Source: an uncultured delta proteobacterium
Lineage (GTDB): Bacteria > Myxococcota > Myxococcia > SLRQ01
Direction: 5' to 3'
Length of the DNA stretch: 64,000 bases
Assembly: GCA_963727485.1 (NCBI GenBank)
Contig: CAVSGM010000011.1
Coordinates: forward strand, 224,001-288,000
Shown: piece after piece, positions 20,928 through 30,199 of the stretch
How positions within the stretch are numbered: position 1 is the stretch's first letter
Layout: the number at the start of each line of letters is the position of its first letter
The notes under the pieces: model-generated
Database searches by the model: none
What the model saw: the letters and a program-made list of their open reading frames with translations, nothing else
What the model was told of the DNA's origin: nothing
Translations under genes and position numbers: made by a program

Positions 20928-21096
20928 GGGATGCGCCTCTTTGCGTCGGTGGCGACGGCGAGCGAGCCCAGTTCTTCGAGCCCGCGCTCCAGCCGCAGCT
21001 CGCGATTCTCGCGGCGCAGGCGCTGTAGCTCCTCGCGCTCGGGGGTGAAGTACCTTCGCTTCCGTCTCGGCATTTGGACTCCCTCACCGGGGCAGG
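20924..21096 (-). mobile_element. IS3-family orfA remnant: 49-aa internally deleted mini-ORF (ATG 21073, stop 20924)
   Basis: MPRRKRRYFTPE|REELQRLRRENRELRLER... joins a typical IS3 OrfA N-terminus to its C-terminal coiled coil. SD-like GGGAG upstream. Confidence 0.6.
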
Positions 21097-21109
21097 CCCG
21101 GCCCGCCGC

Positions 21110-21410
21110 CTACCCCTCCGCAGCCGCCCGGATCCTCGCCACCAGCGCCGCCAGCCCGTTCGCCCGCGTCGGCGAGAGCTGCGCCCGCAGCCCCGTGGCA
21201 TCCAGGAACCCGAGCTCCGCGTCCCGCACCTCCGCCAGCGTCCGCCCATCGAGCACCCGGAGCAAGAGTGCCACGATTCCCCGCACGATGCCCGCGTCAC
21301 CATCGGCCTCGAGCCACACCCGGCCCCCGCGGACCTCGGCCCGCACCCAGGCGCTCGCCTGGCACCCGGGCACCGCATGCGCCTCACAGCGCAGCCCCGG
21401 CGGCGCCGGC
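21110..21410 (-). pseudogene. sufE: SufE/CsdE-family Fe-S assembly protein, N-terminally truncated
   Basis: LRCEAHAVPGCQASAW...ADGDAGIVRGIVALL...LSPTRANGL; the usual N-terminal helices are missing. Confidence 0.7.
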
Positions 21411-21740
21411 CCCGGTCTCCACCGGGTTCGCCGGGTCTCGGCTCCACTCGAACCACCCGCCGTCGTACACCGCCACCCGCGGCCACCCCATCAGCCACGC
21501 GTTGAAGAACGCCTCGCTCCCCCGCCACCCGGTGCCGCAATAGGACGGGTTGTGCGGCCTCGATCCCCGCTGAACGCCCGACACGTGTGGTCGAGGTTCC
21601 GGTAGTTCTCCATGTGGTACGCGTCGCTGCCGCAGTTCCCGGACACCGACCCCGGGATCCGCCCCTTGGACGCGATGGAGTGGTACCCGCTCACCTCGCC
21701 GACGTACTCGGGCCAGCTCCGGACGCTCGCGAGGTGCGCC
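21384..21740 (-). pseudogene. C-terminal fragment of a rhodanese/thiosulfate sulfurtransferase (YnjE-like)
   Basis: SVRSWPEYVGEVSGY...KGRIPG...GSDAYHMENYRNLDHT, then a frame break, then YCGTGWRGSEAFF...YDGGWFEWSRDPANPVETG. Confidence 0.72.
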
Positions 21741-21866
21741 CTCGAAGTCGACGTGTCGCAGGGCCCCAGGGTCACCCTGGCGTGGACCCCCAGGTCGGCG
21801 CTCCGCCAGACCATCGGCGACGGCGACCGGACGATGAACCCCAACACCAGCCTGCCCCGCCCCCGC

Positions 21867-22913
21867 TCACTCGAGCATCTTCACCCACGTCGCCTTGTTG
21901 TCAGCGCACTTGACCGAGGCGCCGTGTAACTCCTGGGCCGTGGTCGCGCCGCAGGTCGCCGCATCGTCGATCTGGTGGCTGGCGACCATCCCGAGGCTCT
22001 GCCAGTCGACCAGGTGATAGGCGCAGATGGTGTCGCCGCCGGAGGGCTGGCCGCTGGCGTCGAACCGGGTCGCCACGTCGAGGCCCCAGAACTGGCTGGG
22101 GTCGCTCGCCCAGGTGCCGGTGCTCCCCGAGGTCCAGGGCGCCGGCTGGCGATGGGCGCCGTCGCAGGTCCCCGAGAGCTGGATGACGCGGGCGACGGGG
22201 AAGAGCTTGCCCATCGCCGCGGCATGGCCGGCGCCCTGGGAGTGCCCCGCGGTGACGACCCGGCTCCAGTCGATCTGGCCCTCGGGCGCGGACGTGGCGC
22301 TGGCGCTCGTCAGGTAGTCCTTCCAGCGGCCCTGGGGATTGCCCGCGGCGAGGGTGCGCAGGGCGAGCACGGCGCGATCGACGATGCCCTCGTCGAGGCG
22401 GATTCCGGACACGCCCGAGGCCGCGCCGGATTGCGCGACGCCCAGGATGATGCTCTCGCGGGTCGGGTAGTAGCAGCCGGCGTTGGTGCGGCACATGCCC
22501 CCGACCGTGGCGGCGCTGTAGTAGCTGATGGCGAGCACGTCGTAGCCGAGCGAAGCGGCGGCGTTGTAGAAGTTCACGCTCGGCGTGGCGATGGGGCCCC
22601 GCGGGTGGCCGCCGCTGCCGTTCATGAACAGGACCAGCCGGTCGCGAGGCGTCACGCCCGAGGCCGCCGTCACCGCGTAGCTGGCCTCGGTCGCGTTCTG
22701 CCCGGTGGCGTCCGCGCCGGTCTCGGCCGGGGTGAGCGCGTAGCAGGCGCTCCCGGCCAGGGGGACCAGCGCGCCCTTGCCGGTGGTGGGGCAGGTGGCG
22801 AGCGTCACCGGAGCCGGGCCGCTCCCCCCATCGCCGGAACCGGGCGCGGGCGCGTGGGAGGAGCCACACGCGGTGACGAGGGCGAGGACGAGGGCAGGCC
22901 GCAGTCGGGACAT
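21867..22913 (-). CDS. Lipoprotein, alpha/beta-hydrolase fold
   Basis: Lipobox LVTAC after ATG 22913; nucleophile elbow GHSQG. Confidence 0.7.
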   Translation of the reverse strand: MSRLRPALVLALVTACGSSHAPAPGSGDGGSGPAPVTLATCPTTGKGALVPLAGSACYALTPAETGADATGQNATEASYAVTAASGVTPRDRLVLFMNGSGGHPRGPIATPSVNFYNAAASLGYDVLAISYYSAATVGGMCRTNAGCYYPTRESIILGVAQSGAASGVSGIRLDEGIVDRAVLALRTLAAGNPQGRWKDYLTSASATSAPEGQIDWSRVVTAGHSQGAGHAAAMGKLFPVARVIQLSGTCDGAHRQPAPWTSGSTGTWASDPSQFWGLDVATRFDASGQPSGGDTICAYHLVDWQSLGMVASHQIDDAATCGATTAQELHGASVKCADNKATWVKMLE

Positions 22914-23006
22914 CTCCCTAATAGACCCAGGGGGACGCGCGCCCGTCAATCACCCACCCGCCCCCCGGATTGCCACCCCGCCGCCGGGCCCGGCCGCCGA
23001 CGCCCC

Positions 23007-23052
23007 AAAAGCGAAGCCGGCCGGCACGCCCAAGGCGTAACCGGCCGGCTTC
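23007..23052 (-). terminator. Intrinsic terminator downstream of tRNA-Gly
   Basis: 12-bp inverted repeat GAAGCCGGCCGG (23013-23024) / CCGGCCGGCTTC (23041-23052), followed by TTTT on the minus strand. Confidence 0.75.
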
Positions 23053-23055
23053 AAG

Positions 23056-23131
23056 TGGAGCGGGAAACCGGATTCGAACCGGCGACCCTCAGCTTGGGAA
23101 GCTGATGCTCTACCAACTGAGCTATTCCCGC
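23056..23131 (-). tRNA. tRNA-Gly (CCC)
   Basis: GCGGGAATAGCTCAGTTGGTAGAGCATCAGCTTCCCAAGCTGAGGGTCGCCGGTTCGAATCCGGTTTCCCGCTCCA: 76 nt, D and T loops present, anticodon CCC, encoded CCA. Confidence 0.97.
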
Positions 23132-23225
23132 ACAGCGCCTCCCTGGCAGCGCCGGGAAGGGCGCCTAATGTGACCTGGGATTGGCCCTTCGTCAAGGGCT
23201 TCGTGCCCGCCTCGGAGGCCCACCC

Positions 23226-23897
23226 ATGATGCCCCGGAAGTCCCCATCTCCAGCCCTCGATCCGGCCTTCGCGGCCAGCCTCCAGGGCCGCTCCCTCGCC
23301 GACCTCGAGGCCCACCCGGGGACGGTCTACGGCGTCTTCGCCGACGGGCGGCTGGGGTACCTCAACCCCGCCTGGTACCGCTTCGCCCGGGAGAACGACG
23401 CGGACCCCGACACCTGGGTCTGGCAGCTCGGCGCGCCGCTCGCGACCGCCATCCCCGAGGTCCTGGTGCCGTTCTACGACGACGCCTTCCGGGCGGTGCG
23501 GGCCGGCGGCGAGCCCTGGTCCCAGGTCTACGAGTGCTCCAGCGCCACCCGGCTGCGGAGGCTGCGCATGCAGGTGCTGCCGCTCGCCGACGGGGCGCTC
23601 CTGGTGGTCCACAGCCCGCTGGTCGACGAGCCCCACGCCCCGGGCCTCGAGGGCGTCGGGCCTCACGACCCGCGGTTCCGCGACCCGCACACGGGCATCG
23701 TCGTCCAGTGCGCCCACTGCCGGTGCGTGCGGCGCGTCGACCTGCCGGAGCACCCGTGGGTCTTCGTCCCCGCGTACGTCGCCGACCCGCCCGAGCAGGT
23801 GAGCCACGGGCTCTGCCCCGCCTGCCTCGCCTACCACTACCCGGAGCCGCCGCCGGCCGGGGGCCTCGACGCCGACCGCGAAAGCCTCGGGGGCTGA
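23226..23897 (+). CDS. PAS-like domain protein with C-terminal Zn-binding motif
   Basis: GYLNPAWYRFA PAS-like segment; CAHC...SHGLCPAC. Confidence 0.65.
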   Translation: MMPRKSPSPALDPAFAASLQGRSLADLEAHPGTVYGVFADGRLGYLNPAWYRFARENDADPDTWVWQLGAPLATAIPEVLVPFYDDAFRAVRAGGEPWSQVYECSSATRLRRLRMQVLPLADGALLVVHSPLVDEPHAPGLEGVGPHDPRFRDPHTGIVVQCAHCRCVRRVDLPEHPWVFVPAYVADPPEQVSHGLCPACLAYHYPEPPPAGGLDADRESLGG

Positions 23898-23931
23898 CGC
23901 CCCCCGCCGGGAAAGTGCTACCCTTCCCCAC

Positions 23932-24786
23932 ATGCTGAATCGGGGGATGAGGCTCGTCGTCGTCGCCGCGACCGTCGCGGCGGCCTTCCCGGCCCACGCG
24001 GCCGTCCACCTCGGCTGGGTCCGCGCCGGCGCCACCGCCGACCCGGCGCACCCGGCGCGCTACTACCCGGGGCACCTCCTCGACGGCGACCGGCACACGG
24101 TCACCTGCGTCGCCGGGGGGCCCGCGGGCGCCGGGGCCCACGCCATCACCATCGGGCTCCGGGGCACCGGCCGGATCACCGCCGTCCTCGTGGACAACGG
24201 CGACCCGCGCACCAGGCGCGACGCCCGGGCCCACAACCGGGTCCACGCCCTCGTGCTCACCGACGCCACCGCCTCGCGCACCCTGACCCTCCCGGACAGC
24301 ACGAAGCCCCAGCTGGTGAAGCTCGGCACGCCCATCCAGGGCGAGAAGGTCACCCTCACCATCAAGTCCGTCTACGGCACCGCGCCGCTCACCTGCCTCG
24401 CGGGGGTGACCTTCGTCAGCGGGCGCCGGCACCTGGTGGCCCGGCACCTGCGCTACGACCGGCAGCGCGCGCCGCTCGAGGGCGTGTGGGCCGCCGGACC
24501 CAAGGGCGCCCCCGAGCGCTTCCTCGCCCTCTACCTCGACGGGCGCTACCGCTTCACCTACGCGCCCAACGACCCCGACGCCAAGGGCGCCCGCCTCGAG
24601 GGGCGCTGGACCCGCCGGGGCCACCGCCTGCGCCTCCAGGTCCACGGGCGCTGGGTGACCCTCCGCCTGGGCCTCACCGGCAGGCAGCCGGCCGCCTCGG
24701 GCCAGGCGCACCGGCACCTCAAGCTCACCGGGCCCCGGCGGCTGCCGAAGCACCTCGCCGGCGACTACCGCGACCACTGGCTCTAG
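23932..24786 (+). CDS. Secreted protein with discoidin/carbohydrate-binding-like N-terminal domain
   Basis: Signal peptide ending in AHA; YYPGHLLDGD motif; GC-biased codon usage. Confidence 0.55.
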   Translation: MLNRGMRLVVVAATVAAAFPAHAAVHLGWVRAGATADPAHPARYYPGHLLDGDRHTVTCVAGGPAGAGAHAITIGLRGTGRITAVLVDNGDPRTRRDARAHNRVHALVLTDATASRTLTLPDSTKPQLVKLGTPIQGEKVTLTIKSVYGTAPLTCLAGVTFVSGRRHLVARHLRYDRQRAPLEGVWAAGPKGAPERFLALYLDGRYRFTYAPNDPDAKGARLEGRWTRRGHRLRLQVHGRWVTLRLGLTGRQPAASGQAHRHLKLTGPRRLPKHLAGDYRDHWL

Positions 24787-24808
24787 GGCCAGCGGGCGGG
24801 CGGAGCGC

Positions 24809-25207
24809 CTAGGCCCGGGCCTTCGCCGCCGGGGCGAAGTCGCGGAAGAACTCGATGAGCTGGCCGAGCAGGGCCTCGCCGTCCTCGGCGTCGAACCCTT
24901 CGCCCTCGTTGCGTTCCTCGAGCCACACGCCGCCGCAGACCTCGCAGAGCGCGTAGCGCCGGTCCTGGGCGCCCGAAGCGTCGACGACCGTCAGGTCCGT
25001 CAGGTCCTCAGGGCACATCCCGGCTGTCTCCCCGAGGTTCTCCCGACCCCCCATGGAGTCGAGCCCCGGCAGGTTGTAGTGGAGCAACGTTCGGGTCAGA
25101 TCCCCCGAGTCGATCCACAGGCTGCCACACTCGGGGCAGCGCCCAAGCATCCCACTGGCTTCGGTCGAGAACTCCTGCATCTCGGCGCTACAACGCGGGC
25201 ACTCCAT
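24809..25207 (-). CDS. Double zinc-ribbon (zf-TFIIB-like) protein
   Basis: GGAGG before ATG 25207; CPRC, CPECGSLWID, CEVCGGVWL. Confidence 0.75.
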   Translation of the reverse strand: MECPRCSAEMQEFSTEASGMLGRCPECGSLWIDSGDLTRTLLHYNLPGLDSMGGRENLGETAGMCPEDLTDLTVVDASGAQDRRYALCEVCGGVWLEERNEGEGFDAEDGEALLGQLIEFFRDFAPAAKARA

Positions 25208-25366
25208 TGATCCTCCATGCGGGCCTCCTTGAACCGGAGGCGGTTTGAACGGGCCCAAGTCTACCCATCGCCATGCACCGCATTCAAGCCGGGCCCGGGT
25301 CAATCTCCCCGATGGCCTCGACGCGGCGCGTCCAACCCCCCTGCGAAACCCCGCCGGGGGACGGCC

Positions 25367-26038
25367 TCATTCCGCCATCGCCACCTGCGTGCGCGCCCGG
25401 GACAGGGCCTCGACCAGCCCCCGCACCCGCTCCGGCGCGCGCTTGAGGCTCACCCGGTTGACCACCAGCCGGGCGCTCACCGCCATCACGTCCTCGATCA
25501 CCGTCAGGCCGTTCTCCTCGATGGTCCGCCCGGTCTCGGTGATGTCCACGATGGCGTCGACCACCCCCAGCACCGGCCCCAGCTCCACCGCCCCGTGGAG
25601 GGTCATGATCTCCCCGGGGCTGCCCACCCGGGCCAGCCAGTCCTCGGTGATCTTCGGGTACTTGGTGGCCACCCGGAGCGGCCGCCCGGGGATCCGCCGG
25701 AACCCGGGCTTCGCCGCCAGCACCATCCGGCAGGCGCCGATGCCCAGATCCAGCGGCTCGTAGAGATCGCGCCGCTCCTCGCGCAGCACGTCGAGGCCGA
25801 CGACGCCGAGGTCCGCCGCCCCCTGCTCCACGTAGGCGGCCACGTCCGCGGCGCGCACCGAGAGGAAGCGCAGCCCCGGCCCGTCGGCGTCGAAGGAGAG
25901 CCTCCGGCTCCGGGCCAGGATCGGCGCCGGGTCCAGGCCGATGGCCTGCGCCAGGAGCGCGCCGGCCTGCACCTGGAGGCGCCCCTTGGGGAGCGCCACC
26001 GTGAGCCGATCGGGCACCGGCCTTGCGGCCCGGCTCAT
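25367..26038 (-). CDS. hisG: ATP phosphoribosyltransferase, short form
   Basis: VALPKGRL, ADLGVVGLDVLRE, VATKYP, LHGAVEL, DIVDITETG-type motif, SARLVVN. Confidence 0.95.
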   Translation of the reverse strand: MSRAARPVPDRLTVALPKGRLQVQAGALLAQAIGLDPAPILARSRRLSFDADGPGLRFLSVRAADVAAYVEQGAADLGVVGLDVLREERRDLYEPLDLGIGACRMVLAAKPGFRRIPGRPLRVATKYPKITEDWLARVGSPGEIMTLHGAVELGPVLGVVDAIVDITETGRTIEENGLTVIEDVMAVSARLVVNRVSLKRAPERVRGLVEALSRARTQVAMAE

Positions 26039-26057
26039 CGCCTGCGCTCCCGGGCGC

Positions 26058-27329
26058 TCACTGGGTGAGCCTCCGGATGTCCGCCCCGAGGCCCCGGAGC
26101 TTCTTCTCCATCCGCTCGTAGCCCCGGTCCAGGTGGTAGACCCGGCTCACCGTGGTGGTCCCGCCCGCGCGCAGCCCGGCGAGCACCAGCCCGGCGCTCG
26201 CCCGCAGGTCGCTCGCCATCACCGGCGCCCCCGAGAGGCGCGACACCCCGTCGACCTGGGCCAGGTGCCCGTCGACGCGGACCTTCGCGCCCATCCGCGC
26301 CAGCTCGCTGACGTGCATGAACCGATTCTCGAAGACCGTCTCCCGGATCGCCGAGCGCCCCTGGGCCACCGCGCAGAGGGCCATGAGCTGGGCCTGCATG
26401 TCCGTGGGCATCCCGGGGTAGGGGAGGGTGTCGAAGTCGAAGGCCACCGGGCGCTTGGGGCCCCGGACCCGGACCTGGGTGCCGTCGGGCGTGACCTGGG
26501 CCCCGGCGGCGCGCAGGGTCTCCCAGAGGGCCTCGAGGTGCGTCGGCACCACCCGGTCGAGGACCACGTCCCCACCGGTGATCGCCGCCGCCACCGCGAA
26601 GGTCCCCGCCTCGATGCGGTCGGGGATCACCGAGTGCGCCGCGGGCTTGAGGTCGCCGGGCGCCACGCCCCGGACCCGGATGGTCTGGGTCCCGGCGCCG
26701 TCGATCCGCGCGCCCATCCCCGTGAGGCAGGCGGCGAGGTCTTCGACCTCCGGCTCCCGGGCGGCGTTCTCCAGCACCGTCTCGCCCCGGGCCAGCACCG
26801 CCGCCATCAGCACGTTCTCGGTGCCCGTGACCGTCTGCACCTCGAAGCGGAACCGCCCGCCGGTGAGCTTGCGCGCCCGGGCCTCGACGTAGCCGCCGGT
26901 GAGCTTGATGTCGGCGCCGAGGGCCGCGAGCCCCTTGAGGTGCTGGTCGATGGGCCTGGCGCCGATGGCGCAGCCCCCCGGGAGCGACACCCGCGCCGAG
27001 CCCCACCGGGCGAGCAGCGGCCCCAGCACCAGCACCGAGGCGCGCATCGTCCGCACCAGGTCGTACTCGGCCACCGGCGCCACGTCCCCGGCGACGTCGA
27101 CGAGGATCCGGTCCCGCGCCCGCCCCGCGCCCCGGGCCGCGTAGGCCCCGATGCGCGAGAGCAGCCGCACCATCGTCCGCACGTCGGCCAGGTCGGGGAC
27201 GTTGCGCAGGGCGTGCTCGCCCTCGGCGAGGAGGGTGGCGGCGAGGATGGGCAGGGCGGCGTTCTTGGCGCCGCCGATGGGCACCGTGCCCTCGAGGCGC
27301 TGTCCGCCCTGGATGCGAAGCCGGTCCAT
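26058..27329 (-). CDS. murA: UDP-N-acetylglucosamine 1-carboxyvinyltransferase
   Basis: [53 protein letters not shown]. The frame is open upstream to 27479. Confidence 0.97.
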   Translation of the reverse strand: MDRLRIQGGQRLEGTVPIGGAKNAALPILAATLLAEGEHALRNVPDLADVRTMVRLLSRIGAYAARGAGRARDRILVDVAGDVAPVAEYDLVRTMRASVLVLGPLLARWGSARVSLPGGCAIGARPIDQHLKGLAALGADIKLTGGYVEARARKLTGGRFRFEVQTVTGTENVLMAAVLARGETVLENAAREPEVEDLAACLTGMGARIDGAGTQTIRVRGVAPGDLKPAAHSVIPDRIEAGTFAVAAAITGGDVVLDRVVPTHLEALWETLRAAGAQVTPDGTQVRVRGPKRPVAFDFDTLPYPGMPTDMQAQLMALCAVAQGRSAIRETVFENRFMHVSELARMGAKVRVDGHLAQVDGVSRLSGAPVMASDLRASAGLVLAGLRAGGTTTVSRVYHLDRGYERMEKKLRGLGADIRRLTQ

Positions 27330-27384
27330 GGTGATCTTGCGGGGCCCCCTGCGGGCCCGGTGGGCGGGGAAGGTACCCCCGAGG

Positions 27385-27446
27385 GCGGGGTCGAGGCCAG
27401 GGCACGAAGCGGGGTCGAGGCCAGGGCGCGAAGCGGGGTCGAGGCC
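27385..27446. repeat. 24-bp tandem repeat, about 2.6 copies, upstream of murA
   Basis: GCGGGGTCGAGGCCAGGGCACGAA / GCGGGGTCGAGGCCAGGGCGCGAA / GCGGGGTCGAGGCC. Confidence 0.9.
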
Positions 27447-27630
27447 GGCGGGCGACGGGGTCTTCGGGGTGTCGAGCATGGGAGGGCCTGTAGCAGGCCC
27501 CGTTCCAGCACCCGAAACCCCCGGGAATCGCGGCGTCCGCGGCCGGGGCGGTGGTTAGCGCGGGGGGATCGGCGTGTCAACGGGCCCACGCCCGTGTGCC
27601 CACGCCCGCCCGCCGCGCCGCGACCGCCGG

Positions 27631-28554
27631 TCAGCCCCGCCGGCGGGCCACCAGGATGCGCCGGTGCCCGGCCAGGTCCCGGATCCCCGAGACCTCGTCG
27701 TAGGCCCCCGACGCCCGGGCGGCGGCCTCCAGCGCCTCGCCCTGGTCCTCGCCGTGCTCCATCACCAGCAGGCCCCCGGGCGCCAGGTGGGCCGGGGCCT
27801 CGGCGACGACCCGGCGGGGCACCTCGAGGCCGGTCTCGCCGGCGACGAGGGCCATCCGGGGCTCGTGGTCCCGGACCTCGGCCTGGAGCGCCGGCCAGGG
27901 CCCCGGCGGCGACGTAGGGGGGGTTGCCGGTGATGAGGGGGTACACCGCGTCGCCCACCGGCGCGAAGAGGTCCCCGACCCGCTGGTCGTAGCGCTCGGC
28001 GACGCCCAGGGCCTCGGCGTTGGCCACCGCGACCTCGGCGGCCTCGGGCGAGAGGTCCACGGCGACGACCGAGAGGCCGGGCCGCTCGCAGCCCAGGGTC
28101 ACGCCCACGCAGCCGGAGCCCGAGCACAGGTCGAGGACCGTCACCGGGGGGGCACCTGCGGGCGGTGCGCGGCGTCCGCGGGCGGCGCGGCGCCCGCCGC
28201 CGGCAGCGCCTCCAGCGCCCGGTCCACCAACAGCTCGGTCTCGGGCCGGGGGATGAGCACCCGCCGGTCCACCGCGAACGCCCGGCCGTAGAACTCCCGG
28301 CTGCCCAGGAGGTACGCCGTCGGCTCCCCGGCGGCCCGGCGCCCCACCAGGGCCCGGTAGGCCCCGCGCTCGTCCTCGGTCAGGGGCCGGTCGAAGTCCA
28401 CGTAGAGCCGCACCCGGCTGCACCCGAGGACGCTCGCCAGGAGCAGCTCCGCCTCCAGCCGCGGGCTCGGCAGCCCCCGGTCCCGGAAGTGGCCGGCGGT
28501 CCAGTCGAGGACGGCCTTCACCGTCCAGGTCGACGGCGGGGCGGCGTCGCTCAC
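27631..28554 (-). CDS. prmC: Release factor glutamine methyltransferase; two frameshifts (~28190, ~27890)
   Basis: PRLEAELLL, VLIPRPETE, LDLCSGSG, NPPY, HEPRMAL, RDLAGHRR; located directly downstream of prfA. Confidence 0.9.
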
Positions 28555-28576
28555 GCGTCCCCCTCGGCGGCGGCGC

Positions 28577-29662
28577 TCACGCCTCGGGGCCCGTCGCACC
28601 CTCCCGCTCCAGGGCGTCGGCCTGGAAGTGGGTGCGGCAGGCGGTGATCACCTCGTCCAGGTCCCCGGCCATGATGCGGTCGAGGTTGTGGACCGTGAGG
28701 CCGATGCGGTGATCGGTGAGGCGATCCTGGGGGAAGTTGTAGGTGCGGATCTTGTCCGAGCGGTCGCCGGTGCCGACCATGCTCCGGCGCAGCTCCGAGC
28801 GCTCGCTGTCGAGCTCGGACTGCTTGAGGTCGAGGAGCCGCGAGCGCAGGACCGTCATCCCCTTGGCCTTGTTCTTGTGCTGGCTCTTCTCGTCCTGCAT
28901 CGAGACCACCAGGCCCGTGGGCAGGTGGGTGATGCGCACCGCGGAGTCGGTGGTGTTCACGCTCTGGCCGCCGGGGCCCGAGGCGCGGAACACGTCGATG
29001 CGCAGCTCGGTGGGGTCGATCTTCAGCTCGACCTCCTCGGCCTCCGGGAGCACCGCCACCGACGCCGCCGAGGTGTGGATGCGCCCCTGGGCCTCGGTCT
29101 CGGGGACCCGCTGCACCCGGTGGACGCCGCTCTCGAACTTGAAGTGGCTGAACACCTCGTCGCCCTCGATCCGGAGCACCGCCTCCTTGATGCCCCCGCG
29201 CTCGGACTCGGAGCTCGAGAGCATCTCCACCTTCCACCGGTGGCGCTCGGCGTAGCGCACGTACATGCGCATCAGCTCCCCGGCGAAGAGGGCGGCCTCC
29301 TCGCCGCCGGTCCCGGCCCGGACCTCGAGGATGACGTTCTTCTCGTCGTTGGGGTCCTTGGGGAGGAGCAGGATCTTGATCCGCCCCTCGAGGCCCTCGA
29401 CCCGCGCCTCGAGGGCGTCGACCTCGTCCTTGGCCAGGGCCCGCATCTCCGGGTCCGACTCGCTCTCCAGGAGCGCCCGGCTGTCGGCGAGCTCGGCGGT
29501 CGCGGTCTTCCAGGCCCGGTAGGCCTCCACGACCTCCTCGAGGCCGGCGCGCTCCTTGGCGACCTTCTGGTACTCCCCGGGCCGGCCGGCGACGTCCGGG
29601 TCGGCCAGCTTGTCGTTCAGCGCCTCGAAGCGGCGCGCCACATCTTCGAGCTTCTCCCACAT
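28577..29662 (-). CDS. prfA: Peptide chain release factor 1
   Basis: [12 protein letters not shown] (PxT), [16 protein letters not shown]. Confidence 0.97.
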   Translation of the reverse strand: MWEKLEDVARRFEALNDKLADPDVAGRPGEYQKVAKERAGLEEVVEAYRAWKTATAELADSRALLESESDPEMRALAKDEVDALEARVEGLEGRIKILLLPKDPNDEKNVILEVRAGTGGEEAALFAGELMRMYVRYAERHRWKVEMLSSSESERGGIKEAVLRIEGDEVFSHFKFESGVHRVQRVPETEAQGRIHTSAASVAVLPEAEEVELKIDPTELRIDVFRASGPGGQSVNTTDSAVRITHLPTGLVVSMQDEKSQHKNKAKGMTVLRSRLLDLKQSELDSERSELRRSMVGTGDRSDKIRTYNFPQDRLTDHRIGLTVHNLDRIMAGDLDEVITACRTHFQADALEREGATGPEA

Positions 29663-29699
29663 GATTTCGGCGGCGGTGTATATCGCAACCTACGGAAAA

Positions 29700-29728
29700 T
29701 TGCTCCACATTCCCCCCGCCGCTACCAT
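29700..29728 (+). promoter_or_regulatory. Putative sigma70-type promoter of the cdd operon
   Basis: TTGCTC-N17-TACCAT in the AT-richer divergent prfA/cdd gap. Confidence 0.5.
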
Positions 29729-29738
29729 GGCAGCCACC

Positions 29739-30188
29739 ATGCCCCGCACCCAGCGCTCCCACCTCACCAAGAACCGCCACCCCGCCGACGACGATGCCCT
29801 CGTGGACGCCGCCCGCGCCATGCTCGACCGGGCCTACGCCCCCTACTCGAAGTTCCGGGTGGGCGCGGCCATCCGCACCCGGGACGGCGCCATCATCACC
29901 GGCTGCAACGTGGAGAACGCCTCCTACGGCCTGTGCATCTGCGCCGAGCGGGTGGCGGTGGGCACCATGGTCGCCGAGGGCCACGACGCCCCCGAGGCCA
30001 TCGTGGTGTTCACCGAGTCCGAGCCCCCGTCGCCCCCCTGCGGGATGTGCCTCCAGACCCTCTCGGAGCACGCCGACGAGATGGACGTGATCCTCGCCAA
30101 CGCCGCCGGCCAGCGCCTCAAGCTCCACCTCAAGGACCTGCTCCCGGTTCGCTTCCGCAAGGACGCCCTGGGCCACACCCCCGCCTGA
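29739..30188 (+). CDS. cdd: Cytidine deaminase (homotetrameric type)
   Basis: AYAPYSKFRVGAA, GCNVENASYGLCICAER, PPCGMCLQ. Confidence 0.93.
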   Translation: MPRTQRSHLTKNRHPADDDALVDAARAMLDRAYAPYSKFRVGAAIRTRDGAIITGCNVENASYGLCICAERVAVGTMVAEGHDAPEAIVVFTESEPPSPPCGMCLQTLSEHADEMDVILANAAGQRLKLHLKDLLPVRFRKDALGHTPA

Positions 30189-30199
30189 CCCGAGGCCCC

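Noticed and set aside
21766..21780. Palindrome CCAGGGT-C-ACCCTGG
   Set aside because: Single short GC-rich palindrome with no second copy or supporting context.
25367..26038. Short HisG without adjacent hisZ or hisD
   Set aside because: Short-form HisG with a distant hisZ is common.
27631..28554. prmC as a true pseudogene or programmed frameshift
   Set aside because: All motifs are intact and similar indels occur throughout the window, so an artefact is more likely.
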